From the NCBI GenBank assembly GCA_034089705.1, contig JAXDTZ010000013.1, forward strand, positions 9,522 through 73,521: 64,000 nt of DNA. The letters run 5' to 3'. Positions 45,862 to 55,283 of the stretch are shown piece by piece. How positions within the stretch are numbered: the stretch's first letter is position 1; every line of letters begins with the position of its first letter. A program made the translations under genes and the position numbers. This DNA is from Candidatus Enteromonas sp. GTDB taxonomy: Bacteria; Bacillota_I; Bacilli_A; RFN20; CAG-826. A model generated the notes under the pieces. The model was not told where the DNA came from and did no database searches. It worked only from the letters and a program-made list of their open reading frames with translations.

Positions 45862-45941
45862 AGTAACGGAAACGCGAAATAAAGTAAGCCCGAAGGAAAG
45901 ATTATTCCCACGCTTTTCCATTGTTCGATAATATTTGTCGA

Positions 45942-47174
45942 ATGCGGAACAAGATTAAAGCCTTCTTTCGAAAAGTCTGGTTCGGGGCCTTCACCCCGGA
46001 GACCTATACGCTTTGCCATGACGCGATCGCCGAAAACAACATCGCGCGCCTTCGCGCCCTTTCCATTGGATTCATCGCCTTTTCGCTGCTTGGGACGGGG
46101 TTATTCTTGCTTTTCTTGAACGATTACAATTCTCCCTTGCCCTATTTGTTGAACGCGGCGATTCTCGTCGTTGGGGTCATCGGGCTCTTCTTTCGCCCTG
46201 CCTTCCTCCGACGCCACGATGGACTCGTCGCCGCGCTCGCCTTCTCCTATCTCGTCTTGACCTTCGCCTATGGCTTTGGCCTCGCCCACCTCGAACAAGG
46301 AAGGGTGGTCACTGTTCATATATTCTTTATCTTGATTCCATTGATTTTCACTTCCAAAACCTATCAGAAGTTCATCGTCCCCACCGCCATGTTGGCCCTC
46401 TATATCGCGATGTGCCTGTTTTGCCCCGTCATTGACAACAAGGCCCCGAACATCGTCAACGGCATCACCTTTTACTTCGTTGGCGTTGCCTTCGCGAGCA
46501 TCATTTCCTATTACGATTCCCTCCAACTCGTGAACGCCCTCCGCTTGAAGGAAACGGGAAGGAAGGTCGCCGGGGCCATGTCCACGATCATCGAATCCCG
46601 GGACGAAGAAACCGGAGCCCATACCCTTCGGACCGCCATGTTTGTCGACCAAATCCTCGAGGAACTCCTCGCCCGGGGAGAACTCGAATCCCTTTTGACC
46701 CCGAGCTACATCCAAAACGTCAAACAAGCCGCCCCGCTTCATGACGTTGGCAAAATCCGGGTCCCCGACGCCATCCTCAACAAACCGGCCCGTTTGACCA
46801 AAGAGGAATTCGAAATCATCAAACTCCACACCACCGAAGGGGAAAAGCTCCTCCGCACCTGCCTTGCTGGACTCGAAGATCCCGAATTCATCCGCATCGC
46901 CTGCAACATCGCCCTTTACCACCACGAACGCATAGACGGGACGGGCTATCCCAAAGGCCTGCGAGGGGAAGATATCCCCTTCGAAGCCCGCGTGATGGCC
47001 GTCGCCGACGTCTACGAAGCCTTGATTTCGCCCCGTTGCTACAAAAGCGCCTATTCGGTGGAAGAAGCCATCGAAATCATGAAAGAAGGACGAGGGAGCC
47101 AGTTCGACCCCGTCATCCTCGACGCCTTCCTCGCCACCGTCGATTCGTCGGCCGATCGCGATCCTATGGATTGA
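45942..47174 (+). CDS. HD-GYP domain protein (putative c-di-GMP phosphodiesterase) with an N-terminal membrane domain
   Basis: About 6 TM helices followed by HD (PLHDVGKIRVP) and an intact HHERIDGTGYP motif. The ATG at 45942 was chosen over the TTG at 45921. Confidence 0.85.
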   Translation: MRNKIKAFFRKVWFGAFTPETYTLCHDAIAENNIARLRALSIGFIAFSLLGTGLFLLFLNDYNSPLPYLLNAAILVVGVIGLFFRPAFLRRHDGLVAALAFSYLVLTFAYGFGLAHLEQGRVVTVHIFFILIPLIFTSKTYQKFIVPTAMLALYIAMCLFCPVIDNKAPNIVNGITFYFVGVAFASIISYYDSLQLVNALRLKETGRKVAGAMSTIIESRDEETGAHTLRTAMFVDQILEELLARGELESLLTPSYIQNVKQAAPLHDVGKIRVPDAILNKPARLTKEEFEIIKLHTTEGEKLLRTCLAGLEDPEFIRIACNIALYHHERIDGTGYPKGLRGEDIPFEARVMAVADVYEALISPRCYKSAYSVEEAIEIMKEGRGSQFDPVILDAFLATVDSSADRDPMD

Positions 47175-47246
47175 TTGCTCCAAATTGTCAATAAACGTCG
47201 ATTCGCGCTTTCTTTTCCATGCCTAGGTGGATAGAATAGGACCAAT

Positions 47247-47810
47247 ATGAATTCCAAAGGCCATTTGATCATTCTCTCCGGTCCCTCGGGAGTGGGAAAA
47301 GGGACGGTTCGGAAAGCTCTCATGGAAGATGCGTCCCTCCATTTGTATTACAGCGTTTCGATGACGACCCGCCATCCCCGCCCCGGGGAAGTCGACGGCA
47401 GGGAATATTATTTCGTGACCCCGGAAGAATTCCAGCGCAACATCGATTCGGGCAATTTGCTCGAATGGGCCGAATTCGTCGGCAACCGTTATGGCACCCC
47501 CAAGGACAAAGTGGACGCGATGTTAGAAAGCGGGAAAAACGTCCTGCTCGAAATCGAAGTCAACGGAACCCTCACCGTTTTGCAAAAAGTCCCCGAAGCC
47601 ATCTCGATTTATTTGATTCCCCCTTCCTTTGACGCCCTCGAATCCCGGATCCGCGGACGCAGCACCGAAAGCGAGGAAGTCATCCAAGAACGCCTCCAAA
47701 AGGCGCGCCGGGAGATGGAGATGAAAGGGCATTACCGGCACCTCGTCCTCAACGACGACGTGAATCGGGCCGCGAAGGAGATCGCCGAAATCATCCATCG
47801 CGCGGCCTAG
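47247..47810 (+). CDS. gmk: guanylate kinase
   Basis: P-loop GPSGVGKGTV and the TTRHPRPGE block. Confidence 0.95.
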   Translation: MNSKGHLIILSGPSGVGKGTVRKALMEDASLHLYYSVSMTTRHPRPGEVDGREYYFVTPEEFQRNIDSGNLLEWAEFVGNRYGTPKDKVDAMLESGKNVLLEIEVNGTLTVLQKVPEAISIYLIPPSFDALESRIRGRSTESEEVIQERLQKARREMEMKGHYRHLVLNDDVNRAAKEIAEIIHRAA

Positions 47811-47831
47811 GCTCTTCGGAGCCATTTTTTC
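47810..47831 (+). terminator. short terminator/attenuator hairpin after gmk
   Basis: ggctc-ttcg-gagcc followed by aTTTTTT. The stem is only 5 bp. Confidence 0.45.
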
Positions 47832-47866
47832 TTCCTCCCTTCGGAGAAATCGATATACTTAAGAAG

Positions 47867-50062
47867 ATGTGGATTCTCGAAGTATTGACCCAATACCGTT
47901 CCTATAGCCTCGACCGCCCTTTTTCCTACCTTTACGATGGAGAAAGCCAAATCCAACCCTTTTGCCGCGTTTTGGTTCCCTTCGCGAACCGTTCCATCGT
48001 CGGATTCGTGACCCGCGTGGAACTCACGGACCAAACCCCCGAAGAGATTGCGCAACGGCTGGGGTTTCGCCTCGGCTTCATCCAAGGGGTGATCGACGAA
48101 CATCCCCTGTTCCACGAAGAACTCTGGGATTTGGCCCAAGAAGTGGCTTCCTATTGCCTTTCCCCGTTGATCCACGTCCTCAATGCGATGCTGCCCCCTT
48201 CGTTAAAACCGAGCAAAGGAGGCCTCAAAGGGCCCAAAATCGCCTACGAAGATTACCTTACCGTCGTCGATCCTTCTCTGGACGAGTTGACCCCAAAACA
48301 AAGGGAAATCCTTCTTTTGATTCAACGAAACGAAGAAATCAAAAAGAAAGAAGCGGGTTCCCCTTCCATCGTGAAGAAACTCCTAGAACTGGGAAAAATC
48401 CGTTTGGTGAAGAAGGAAAAGGTCCGTTTTGAGATCCCCGAATACCAAAAAGAGCAACCCCATCCCCTCACATTGGAGCAAGAAAAGGCGATGGAAGAGA
48501 TCCTCCAATCCCCCCAGGACGTGGTTTTGCTTCAAGGGGTGACGGGATCGGGCAAAACCGAAGTCTACCTCCACCTCAGCGAACGTTACCTCCAAAACGG
48601 GAAGAACATCTTGATGCTCGTCCCCGAAATCTCCCTCACCCCCGTGATGGTGGAATATTTCTCGCGCCGCTTCGGCAAAGCCATCGCGATCCTCCATAGC
48701 GGACTGACCCCCGCGGAAAAATACGACGAATACCGCCGCATCGCTTCCGGGGCGGCCCGCATCGTCGTGGGGGCCCGCAGCGCGGTGTTCGCCCCGCTTC
48801 GCAACATCGGCCTGATCATCCTCGATGAGGAACACGTCGAATCCTATAAGCAGGATTCTCCTCCCTTTTACCACGCGCGAACCGTGGCCATTCTTCGAGC
48901 GAAGCACTTTGGCGCCAAGGTGGTTTTGGGTTCGGCGACCCCGTCTTTGGAAACCAAGGCCAGAGCGCAAAAACGAGTATATGGGTACGCTGTTTTGCCC
49001 CATCGGGTCAATTCCTTGCCCCTTCCCAAAACCGAAATCATCGACCTTCGGGACCGTTCGATCATGGTGGCCGGGGATCGGATTTTCTCCAAAATCCTCC
49101 TCGACGCCATCCGCGATCGGTTAGCCAAAGGGGAGCAAGTCATGCTCCTCGTAAACCGAAGGGGCTACAGTTCTTATCTTTCCTGCGCTCGTTGCGGCCA
49201 CACCGTCGTCTGCCCCTCTTGCGGAGGTAACTTGACTTACCACAAAGAAGACGAATTGCTCAAATGCCACCATTGCGGCCACGTGGAACTCTATCCCGAA
49301 GTCTGCCCCGAATGCGGGTCGGGCAAATTGCAGCGCGTGGGCTTTGGCACCGAACGCGCGGTGAAGCTCCTTTTGGAATACCTTCCCGAAGCCCGAATCG
49401 CCCGGTTAGACACCGATGTTTCTAAAGTCCGCGCCTCGATGGAACGGACCCTTCGCGATTTCAAAGAAGGAAAATACGACATCTTGATCGGCACCCAGAT
49501 GATCGCCAAGGGGCACGACTTCCCCAAAGTCACCCTCGTGGGGGTCGTCGTTGCCGACGCGGGATTGATGCTCGAATCGTACCGGGCGAGCGAACGGACC
49601 TTCGGGCTCATCGCCCAAGCGCTAGGCCGAAGCGGAAGAGGGGATATCCCGGGATGCGCCCTCATCCAGACGAGCAATCCGAACCATTACGCGATCACCT
49701 TGGGGGCGAAACAGGATTACGAATCTTTCTACCGCCGGGAAATGCAAGAACGCCGCCTGGGGAAATATCCCCCATACACCTACATGGTTTCCCTGATTTT
49801 CCTTTCCAAAGACGAAACGAAAGCCACCGAAGCCGCCCTTTCTTTCCAACAAGCCATCCTCCAAAAGAAGTTGCCCGACGTCGATTCCCTGGGTCCTTTG
49901 ACCCCTTATTATGGCAAGATGGGCGAATATTTCCGGAAAACCCTTTTGATTCGCTTCAAAAACCCCGAGCCCATCAAATCCGAAATCCGGGAATTGCTCC
50001 ATGTCATCTCGGGAAAAGGGGGAGTGGATATCCTCGCCGACGTCGACCCATTCGATTACTGA
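47867..50062 (+). CDS. priA: primosomal replication-restart helicase PriA
   Basis: Walker A GVTGSGKTEVY, a DEEH box and a Cys-rich zinc-binding insert (CARCGH..CPSCGG..CHHCGH..CPECGS). Confidence 0.95.
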   Translation: MWILEVLTQYRSYSLDRPFSYLYDGESQIQPFCRVLVPFANRSIVGFVTRVELTDQTPEEIAQRLGFRLGFIQGVIDEHPLFHEELWDLAQEVASYCLSPLIHVLNAMLPPSLKPSKGGLKGPKIAYEDYLTVVDPSLDELTPKQREILLLIQRNEEIKKKEAGSPSIVKKLLELGKIRLVKKEKVRFEIPEYQKEQPHPLTLEQEKAMEEILQSPQDVVLLQGVTGSGKTEVYLHLSERYLQNGKNILMLVPEISLTPVMVEYFSRRFGKAIAILHSGLTPAEKYDEYRRIASGAARIVVGARSAVFAPLRNIGLIILDEEHVESYKQDSPPFYHARTVAILRAKHFGAKVVLGSATPSLETKARAQKRVYGYAVLPHRVNSLPLPKTEIIDLRDRSIMVAGDRIFSKILLDAIRDRLAKGEQVMLLVNRRGYSSYLSCARCGHTVVCPSCGGNLTYHKEDELLKCHHCGHVELYPEVCPECGSGKLQRVGFGTERAVKLLLEYLPEARIARLDTDVSKVRASMERTLRDFKEGKYDILIGTQMIAKGHDFPKVTLVGVVVADAGLMLESYRASERTFGLIAQALGRSGRGDIPGCALIQTSNPNHYAITLGAKQDYESFYRREMQERRLGKYPPYTYMVSLIFLSKDETKATEAALSFQQAILQKKLPDVDSLGPLTPYYGKMGEYFRKTLLIRFKNPEPIKSEIRELLHVISGKGGVDILADVDPFDY

Positions 50063-50164
50063 TTTTCCCTTTAGGAAAAATCCTCCAACATTTTCCTCGT
50101 TTCGTACACACAATGCGCACATGCACGTGCTATAATAGTGGGCACTTACGAGGAGCGTTTTGTT

Positions 50165-50671
50165 ATGATTACCATCCACATTTATGGTTTAGACCACTTC
50201 GTTGTCGGCCAATATTCCCGCGAACATACCCCCAACATCGCCCAATTGCTCGAAACCCCGGAAGATGAAGTCTCCTTCCTTTCGAGCGATTCCGTGCTCT
50301 TGCATAACGGGGTCGAGCAAATCAGTTGGAACGCCTTAGTGGTCGTTCACGCCCCGCACCGCTACGAGGCTTTTGAGGCAGTCGTTGCCGAATACTTCCT
50401 CAAAACCCTTTCTCCGTTTGCCATCCACGTGAGCGTGGAATTCGAATATTTCCACGACCATTCCCATTACGAATCCATCAACCCCAATTACCCGCGCTTC
50501 ATCGCCGCGAGCCAAATCCACGACATCACCACGGATGAGGAAGAAGAGGAATGCGACTGCGGCCATGACCACCCTGAAGAAGAAGAGGCTTCCGAAGAGG
50601 AAATCTACACCGGAAACGCCTTTGAAGGCTTCGAAGAACGCCTCGCGAAAGCCCGCGGGGACGAGGAATAA
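50165..50671 (+). CDS. DUF1904-like (tautomerase-fold-like) protein with an acidic Cys/His-containing tail
   Basis: The ATG at 50165 (MITIHIYGL) has GAGGAG 11 nt upstream. The C-terminus is TDEEEEECDCGHDHPEEEE. Family assigned by recall only. Confidence 0.4.
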   Translation: MITIHIYGLDHFVVGQYSREHTPNIAQLLETPEDEVSFLSSDSVLLHNGVEQISWNALVVVHAPHRYEAFEAVVAEYFLKTLSPFAIHVSVEFEYFHDHSHYESINPNYPRFIAASQIHDITTDEEEEECDCGHDHPEEEEASEEEIYTGNAFEGFEERLAKARGDEE

Positions 50672-50687
50672 TCCCGGAGGGATTCCC

Positions 50688-51980
50688 ATGAAAGAAATCC
50701 AACTCGCTTTAGCCACCTTGGCGGATGTCTTCGACGAAGGCATTCCTTTCGGCGATTCGCTGAAGAACCGTTTCCAATCCAACTTGGAAATCCGCCCGTA
50801 CCGCGTCCCCGTCGCGGCCCTCGTCGGCTGCGCCCTGCGCCACCACCTCCTGTTCCGCTTCGCCATGAAGGATCAGGAATTCAACGAATACGAATGCCGG
50901 GTCCTCTCCTTGTATTTCGCCAACCACTTTTTCTACAAACGCCTCGAAGAAGGAGCATTGAAGGCCTATCTTGCCACGATCATCCCCGCCGAGACGCTGG
51001 CTTTTGGGGAAGAATTCTGCGCTTCCCACACCGCCGAATCCTTGATTCCGGAAGACGTATCCCGGGGCTCCAACCTCTTTTTGTCCCTTCGGTACAACTT
51101 CCCCGAATGGACCTTGAAGATTTTCCAGCATTTCGGATTCGGCCCCACGTATCGGGCCGTCAAGATGCTCTCCCGCCCCGCCCGGCGCTATTACGCCTTG
51201 AATCCCGGGGTCAAGATGGAGCAAGTCATCGCCGATAAGGATTTCGCCCCCGCCCCTTTCTTCCCCGAATCCATCGTGGAATACGTCGGGAAGACAAGCA
51301 TCGTGAAAAATACCCTTTACCGCAATGGCGCCCTCTATCCCGTCAAACCCTTTGGCCGCGCCTTGATTCAGAAATTCGCCGTGGAGCACCCCAAGCAAAT
51401 CTTGATTTACGACGGCAACAAAAACGCGGTCATGGCCCGCGATTTGGTGGGGGTTTATGGCAGTTCCATCGGCCTCAACGTCGCTTTGTCTTCTTCGAGC
51501 AATGGCCCCGAACTCCAACGTTTGATCAAAACCCGCCACTATTCCAACGTGAACCTCTTCGTCTCCCCCAACGCCGAAAGCATGGGCAGCGCCATCTCGG
51601 TTCCCCAAGATCTCGTCTTCTGCTGCCCGGAATCGACGATGTTCGATGACATCCCCTATTCCCCGGATTATTTGCTCGGGTTCGACAAAACCCGCATGGA
51701 TTCCTTGATCGAAGGGGAATCGATTGCCTTGGAAGCCTGCTCCAAATACGTGGAGGTCGGCGGTTTGCTCGTTTACCTCGTCTTCACCATTTCCAAAAAA
51801 GAAGGCGTGTTCCAAGCCCAACATTTCCTCGCCGAACACCCCGAGTTCGAACGCGTCGAATACAAACAGCATTTCCCCTATGAAGAGGCCTCTTGCCAAA
51901 GCGCCGCGTTCTATTGCGTCTTCCGCAAGAAAGATCCTTCCCAAAAAGGGACGGAGCCTAGTCCCGCCGAAGGAGAATAG
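50688..51980 (+). CDS. RsmB/Sun-like protein with degenerate methyltransferase motifs
   Basis: GGAGGG RBS 6 nt before the ATG at 50688. It occupies the rsmB position upstream of rlmN-stp-prkC. I could not find the CAAPGGK SAM motif or the TCS catalytic Cys (it has LVYLVFTIS). Confidence 0.55.
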   Translation: MKEIQLALATLADVFDEGIPFGDSLKNRFQSNLEIRPYRVPVAALVGCALRHHLLFRFAMKDQEFNEYECRVLSLYFANHFFYKRLEEGALKAYLATIIPAETLAFGEEFCASHTAESLIPEDVSRGSNLFLSLRYNFPEWTLKIFQHFGFGPTYRAVKMLSRPARRYYALNPGVKMEQVIADKDFAPAPFFPESIVEYVGKTSIVKNTLYRNGALYPVKPFGRALIQKFAVEHPKQILIYDGNKNAVMARDLVGVYGSSIGLNVALSSSSNGPELQRLIKTRHYSNVNLFVSPNAESMGSAISVPQDLVFCCPESTMFDDIPYSPDYLLGFDKTRMDSLIEGESIALEACSKYVEVGGLLVYLVFTISKKEGVFQAQHFLAEHPEFERVEYKQHFPYEEASCQSAAFYCVFRKKDPSQKGTEPSPAEGE

Positions 51981-51982
51981 CG

Positions 51983-53032
51983 ATGAAGAACCTCCTTGGG
52001 TTGCCTCTTTCCGAGCTGACCGAAGAATTCCTCGCCCGCGGCCAAACCAAATTCCGCGGCAAGCAAGTTTTCTCGTGGCTGTACCAAAAAGGCGTGCTCG
52101 ACTTTTCGAAGATGAGCGACGTTTCCCTTGCTTTCCGGCAGACCCTTGCCGAGAGTTATTGCCTCGATTTGCCCACGATTTTCACGAAGCAGATCGCAAG
52201 CGACGGCACCATCAAACTCCTCCTTCAAATGGAAGACGGAGCCAAGGTCGAAACCGTCCTCATGCCCTATAACTATGGCAACGCCATCTGCGTTTCAAGC
52301 GAAGTCGGCTGTTCCATGGGCTGCGCCTTCTGCGCTTCTGGGCTCCATAAGAAAGAACGGAATCTGACCGCCGCCGAAATGATGGGCGAATTGCTCGTCA
52401 TGAATTCCATTCTTTTGGAACGCGGGGAACGGGTTTCCCACATCGTCGTGATGGGAACCGGCGAACCCTTCGACAATTACGACAACGTGCTTTCGTTCTT
52501 AAAGTGCGCCAACGACCAAAACGGCCTGGCCATCGGGGCCCGCCACATCACCGTCTCCACCTGCGGCCTTCCCGAAGGAATCCGCCGGTTTGGCAAAGAG
52601 GGATTGCAGTTCAACCTCGCCATCTCCCTCCACGCCCCCAGCCAAGAAATCCGCGAAAGGCTCATGCCCATCTCGCGGAAATACGACATGGACGAACTCT
52701 TTGAGGCCATCGCCGAGTACGAAAAGGATTCTTCCCGCCGCGTCACCCTCGAATACATCCTGCTTCAGGGAATCAACGATTCGCTCGAACACGCCGACGC
52801 CCTCGCTTCCTTGATTCGCGGGCATGGGGTTTTCGCTTACGTCAACCTGATTCCCTATAACGAAGTCAAGGAGAAGCCCTTCCGCAGAACCTCGAAACAC
52901 GCCATCCACGCCTTCGCCGATCGCTTGCTCAGCAAAGGCATCACCACGACGGTCCGCAAGGAATTCGGCGGGGACATCGACGCCGCCTGCGGGCAGCTTC
53001 GCGCCAAAGTCTTGGGGGAAAAGAAAAAATGA
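51983..53032 (+). CDS. rlmN: 23S rRNA/tRNA (adenine-C2)-methyltransferase RlmN (radical SAM)
   Basis: Radical-SAM cluster CSMGCAFC, the N-terminal FRGKQVFSWLY block and the C-terminal GGDIDAACGQL block. Confidence 0.95.
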   Translation: MKNLLGLPLSELTEEFLARGQTKFRGKQVFSWLYQKGVLDFSKMSDVSLAFRQTLAESYCLDLPTIFTKQIASDGTIKLLLQMEDGAKVETVLMPYNYGNAICVSSEVGCSMGCAFCASGLHKKERNLTAAEMMGELLVMNSILLERGERVSHIVVMGTGEPFDNYDNVLSFLKCANDQNGLAIGARHITVSTCGLPEGIRRFGKEGLQFNLAISLHAPSQEIRERLMPISRKYDMDELFEAIAEYEKDSSRRVTLEYILLQGINDSLEHADALASLIRGHGVFAYVNLIPYNEVKEKPFRRTSKHAIHAFADRLLSKGITTTVRKEFGGDIDAACGQLRAKVLGEKKK

Positions 53033-53772
53033 AGCGCTATCGGGGGAACTACGCCGCCTTCACCGATCGGGGGAGGGTCCGCGTCAACAACGAAGACCAA
53101 TCCGGGGTCGCCACCAACGAAAACGGCGACGTTTTGCTCGTCGTATGCGATGGGATGGGTGGCCAAAACAAGGGGGATTTCGCCTCCAAAATGGCCATTG
53201 ACACCATGATGGAAGCCTTCGAACAACGTTCCCGCATCCTCTTCCCCAAACGCTTTTTGACTCACGCGGTCCGCTTGGCCAACGCCCGAATCTTCGAAGC
53301 CGCGGAAGGCAATCCCCATTACGAAAAGATGGGGACCACTCTCGTGGCCGCCTTGCTCCTGGGGAAGAAACTCTATGTCGTCAACGTCGGGGATTCCCGT
53401 TGCTATTCCTATTCTCGCTTTCAGGGGTTAAAGCGCCTCACCTGCGATCAAACTTACGTCGATTACCTCGTTCGCGCGGGGAAAATCAAGCAAGAAGAAA
53501 CATCCACGCACCCCGACCGCCACGTTTTGATGAATGCCCTCGGCACTTATCCTAGCGCTTCGATGGACCTTTTCGTCTACCCCTACGCTGGCGAATCCCT
53601 TTTGCTTTGCAGCGATGGGCTTTACAACAATTTGAGCGAAACCGAAATCCGCGCCGTCCTTGGCAGCGACGAACGCCCCGAAAAGAAAGCCAGGGCCCTC
53701 ATCATCGACGCCAACGGCAACGGGGGAAGCGACAACATCGCCGTTTCCTATTGGGAGGTCGCCCATGATTAA
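53029..53772 (+). CDS. stp: PP2C-family Ser/Thr phosphatase
   Basis: Motifs NEDQ, VCDGMGG and GDSRCY, with DNIAV near the C-terminus. ATGA overlap with rlmN. Confidence 0.9.
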   Translation: MKRYRGNYAAFTDRGRVRVNNEDQSGVATNENGDVLLVVCDGMGGQNKGDFASKMAIDTMMEAFEQRSRILFPKRFLTHAVRLANARIFEAAEGNPHYEKMGTTLVAALLLGKKLYVVNVGDSRCYSYSRFQGLKRLTCDQTYVDYLVRAGKIKQEETSTHPDRHVLMNALGTYPSASMDLFVYPYAGESLLLCSDGLYNNLSETEIRAVLGSDERPEKKARALIIDANGNGGSDNIAVSYWEVAHD

Positions 53773-54637
53773 AATCGGAGATCGGGTGGACGAGCGTTAC
53801 CGCATCGTCTCTCGCATCGCCACCGGGGGAATGGCCGATGTTTACGAAGCGAACGACTTGATCATGAAGCGCATCGTTTGCCTCAAAATCATGAAAGAAG
53901 GACTGCTTCGCGATTCGCGCAACGTCGAGCGCTTCGCCAATGAAACCGCGGTCGCGGCCTCTTTTAACCATCCCAACATCGTCCGCGTCTATGGCCGGGG
54001 ATTCGTCGAAGGCCGCCCTTACATGGCCACCGAATACGTCAAAGGCCAAACTCTCCGCGACAAACTCAATTTCGCCGGCACCTTGTCCTTGTCCGATGCC
54101 TGCGAAGTCATGCTCCAACTAACCAGCGCCATCGCCTATATCCACGGGCATGGGCTCGTCCATCGGGACATCAAGCCCGACAATCTCTTCTATTTAAGCG
54201 ATGGCACGCTCAAAGTCAGCGATTTTGGGATTTCGATTCCGATCGGGACGATGCCGATGGGGGACGCCATCCAAGGGACGATTTATTATTGCGCCCCTGA
54301 AGTTCTGATGGGCAAGCCCGCGGAAATCGCCAACGACATTTATTCCATGGGGGTCGTCTTCTTCGAGATGATCACCGGGCAAGTCCCTTTTGACGGGGCC
54401 TCCCCCGAAGAAGTGGCGAGCAAGCAGATCCGTTCTCGCTTCCCCGAGCCTTCTCGCCTCATGCCTTCCATTCCCAAATCGATCGACCACTTGATCGCGA
54501 CCGCCTGCCGCAAATCCCCCAGCGAACGCTTCATCAACTGCGATTCCTTCCACGAAGCGATGGAAGCGGCGATGCAAGACCGCGGAAATTTCAAAGAAAG
54601 GCGGGGGTTCTTCTCCCGGATATTCGGGTTCAAATGA
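53765..54637 (+). CDS. prkC: Hanks-type Ser/Thr protein kinase, kinase domain only (no TM/PASTA)
   Basis: The ATG at 53765 overlaps the stp stop by 8 nt. Motifs: GGMADVY...CLKIM, HRDIKPDN, DFGIS, APE. The protein ends about 290 aa in, right after the catalytic domain. Confidence 0.9.
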   Translation: MIKIGDRVDERYRIVSRIATGGMADVYEANDLIMKRIVCLKIMKEGLLRDSRNVERFANETAVAASFNHPNIVRVYGRGFVEGRPYMATEYVKGQTLRDKLNFAGTLSLSDACEVMLQLTSAIAYIHGHGLVHRDIKPDNLFYLSDGTLKVSDFGISIPIGTMPMGDAIQGTIYYCAPEVLMGKPAEIANDIYSMGVVFFEMITGQVPFDGASPEEVASKQIRSRFPEPSRLMPSIPKSIDHLIATACRKSPSERFINCDSFHEAMEAAMQDRGNFKERRGFFSRIFGFK

Positions 54638-54638
54638 T

Positions 54639-55283
54639 ATGATTGTTTCTCCTTCTTTGTTGGGTTTTCCCGTTTCTTCCTTCCCTGAGCTGGCGAAAGA
54701 CTTGCATCTCGCCGGAGCGGAGTGGATCCACCTCGACGTGATGGATGGCAAATTCGTCCCCCGTGTCACCTTTTTCGAAGAAGCGTTGAAAGATTTGCCG
54801 GAATCCATGGAAAAAGACGTCCACTTGATGGTGGAACGCCCCTTGGAACTCGCTCCAAGGTTTTTGGAAAAAGGCGCGGACACCGTCACTTTCCACGTGG
54901 AAGCGGTGAAGGAAGAAGAAGGGCTCCGTTTGATTTCCTTGATTCATCGCTATTCCGCCAAAGCCGGGATTTCCTTGCGTCCTGGCACCCCGATAGAAGC
55001 CTTGAAGCCTTATTTGCCTTTGATTGACCTCGTCCTCGTGATGTCGGTAGAACCCGGGAAAGGAGGCCAAGCCTTTTTGCCTTCTTCTTGCCACCGCATC
55101 GCCGAACTTGCTAAGCTCCGGGAAAGCCTAGGGGCGACTTACCTGATTGAAGTAGATGGGGGAATTAACGCCCAAACCGGAAAAGAAGCCGCCTCTTCTG
55201 GGGCCGATGTTCTGGTTTCGGGCAGCTATCTGGTCGGACAAAGCGACTACGCCGAACGTTTGAAAGGACTTTTGTTATGCTAA
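54639..55283 (+). CDS. rpe: ribulose-phosphate 3-epimerase
   Basis: Blocks HLDVMDGKFVP, MSVEPGKGGQ and VDGGIN. Confidence 0.95.
   Translation: MIVSPSLLGFPVSSFPELAKDLHLAGAEWIHLDVMDGKFVPRVTFFEEALKDLPESMEKDVHLMVERPLELAPRFLEKGADTVTFHVEAVKEEEGLRLISLIHRYSAKAGISLRPGTPIEALKPYLPLIDLVLVMSVEPGKGGQAFLPSSCHRIAELAKLRESLGATYLIEVDGGINAQTGKEAASSGADVLVSGSYLVGQSDYAERLKGLLLC

Noticed and set aside
50063-50090. AT-rich hairpin (attttcc-cttta-ggaaaat) after priA as a terminator
   Set aside because: The stem is weak and A/T-rich, and no downstream T-run follows. The next gene probably continues the operon.
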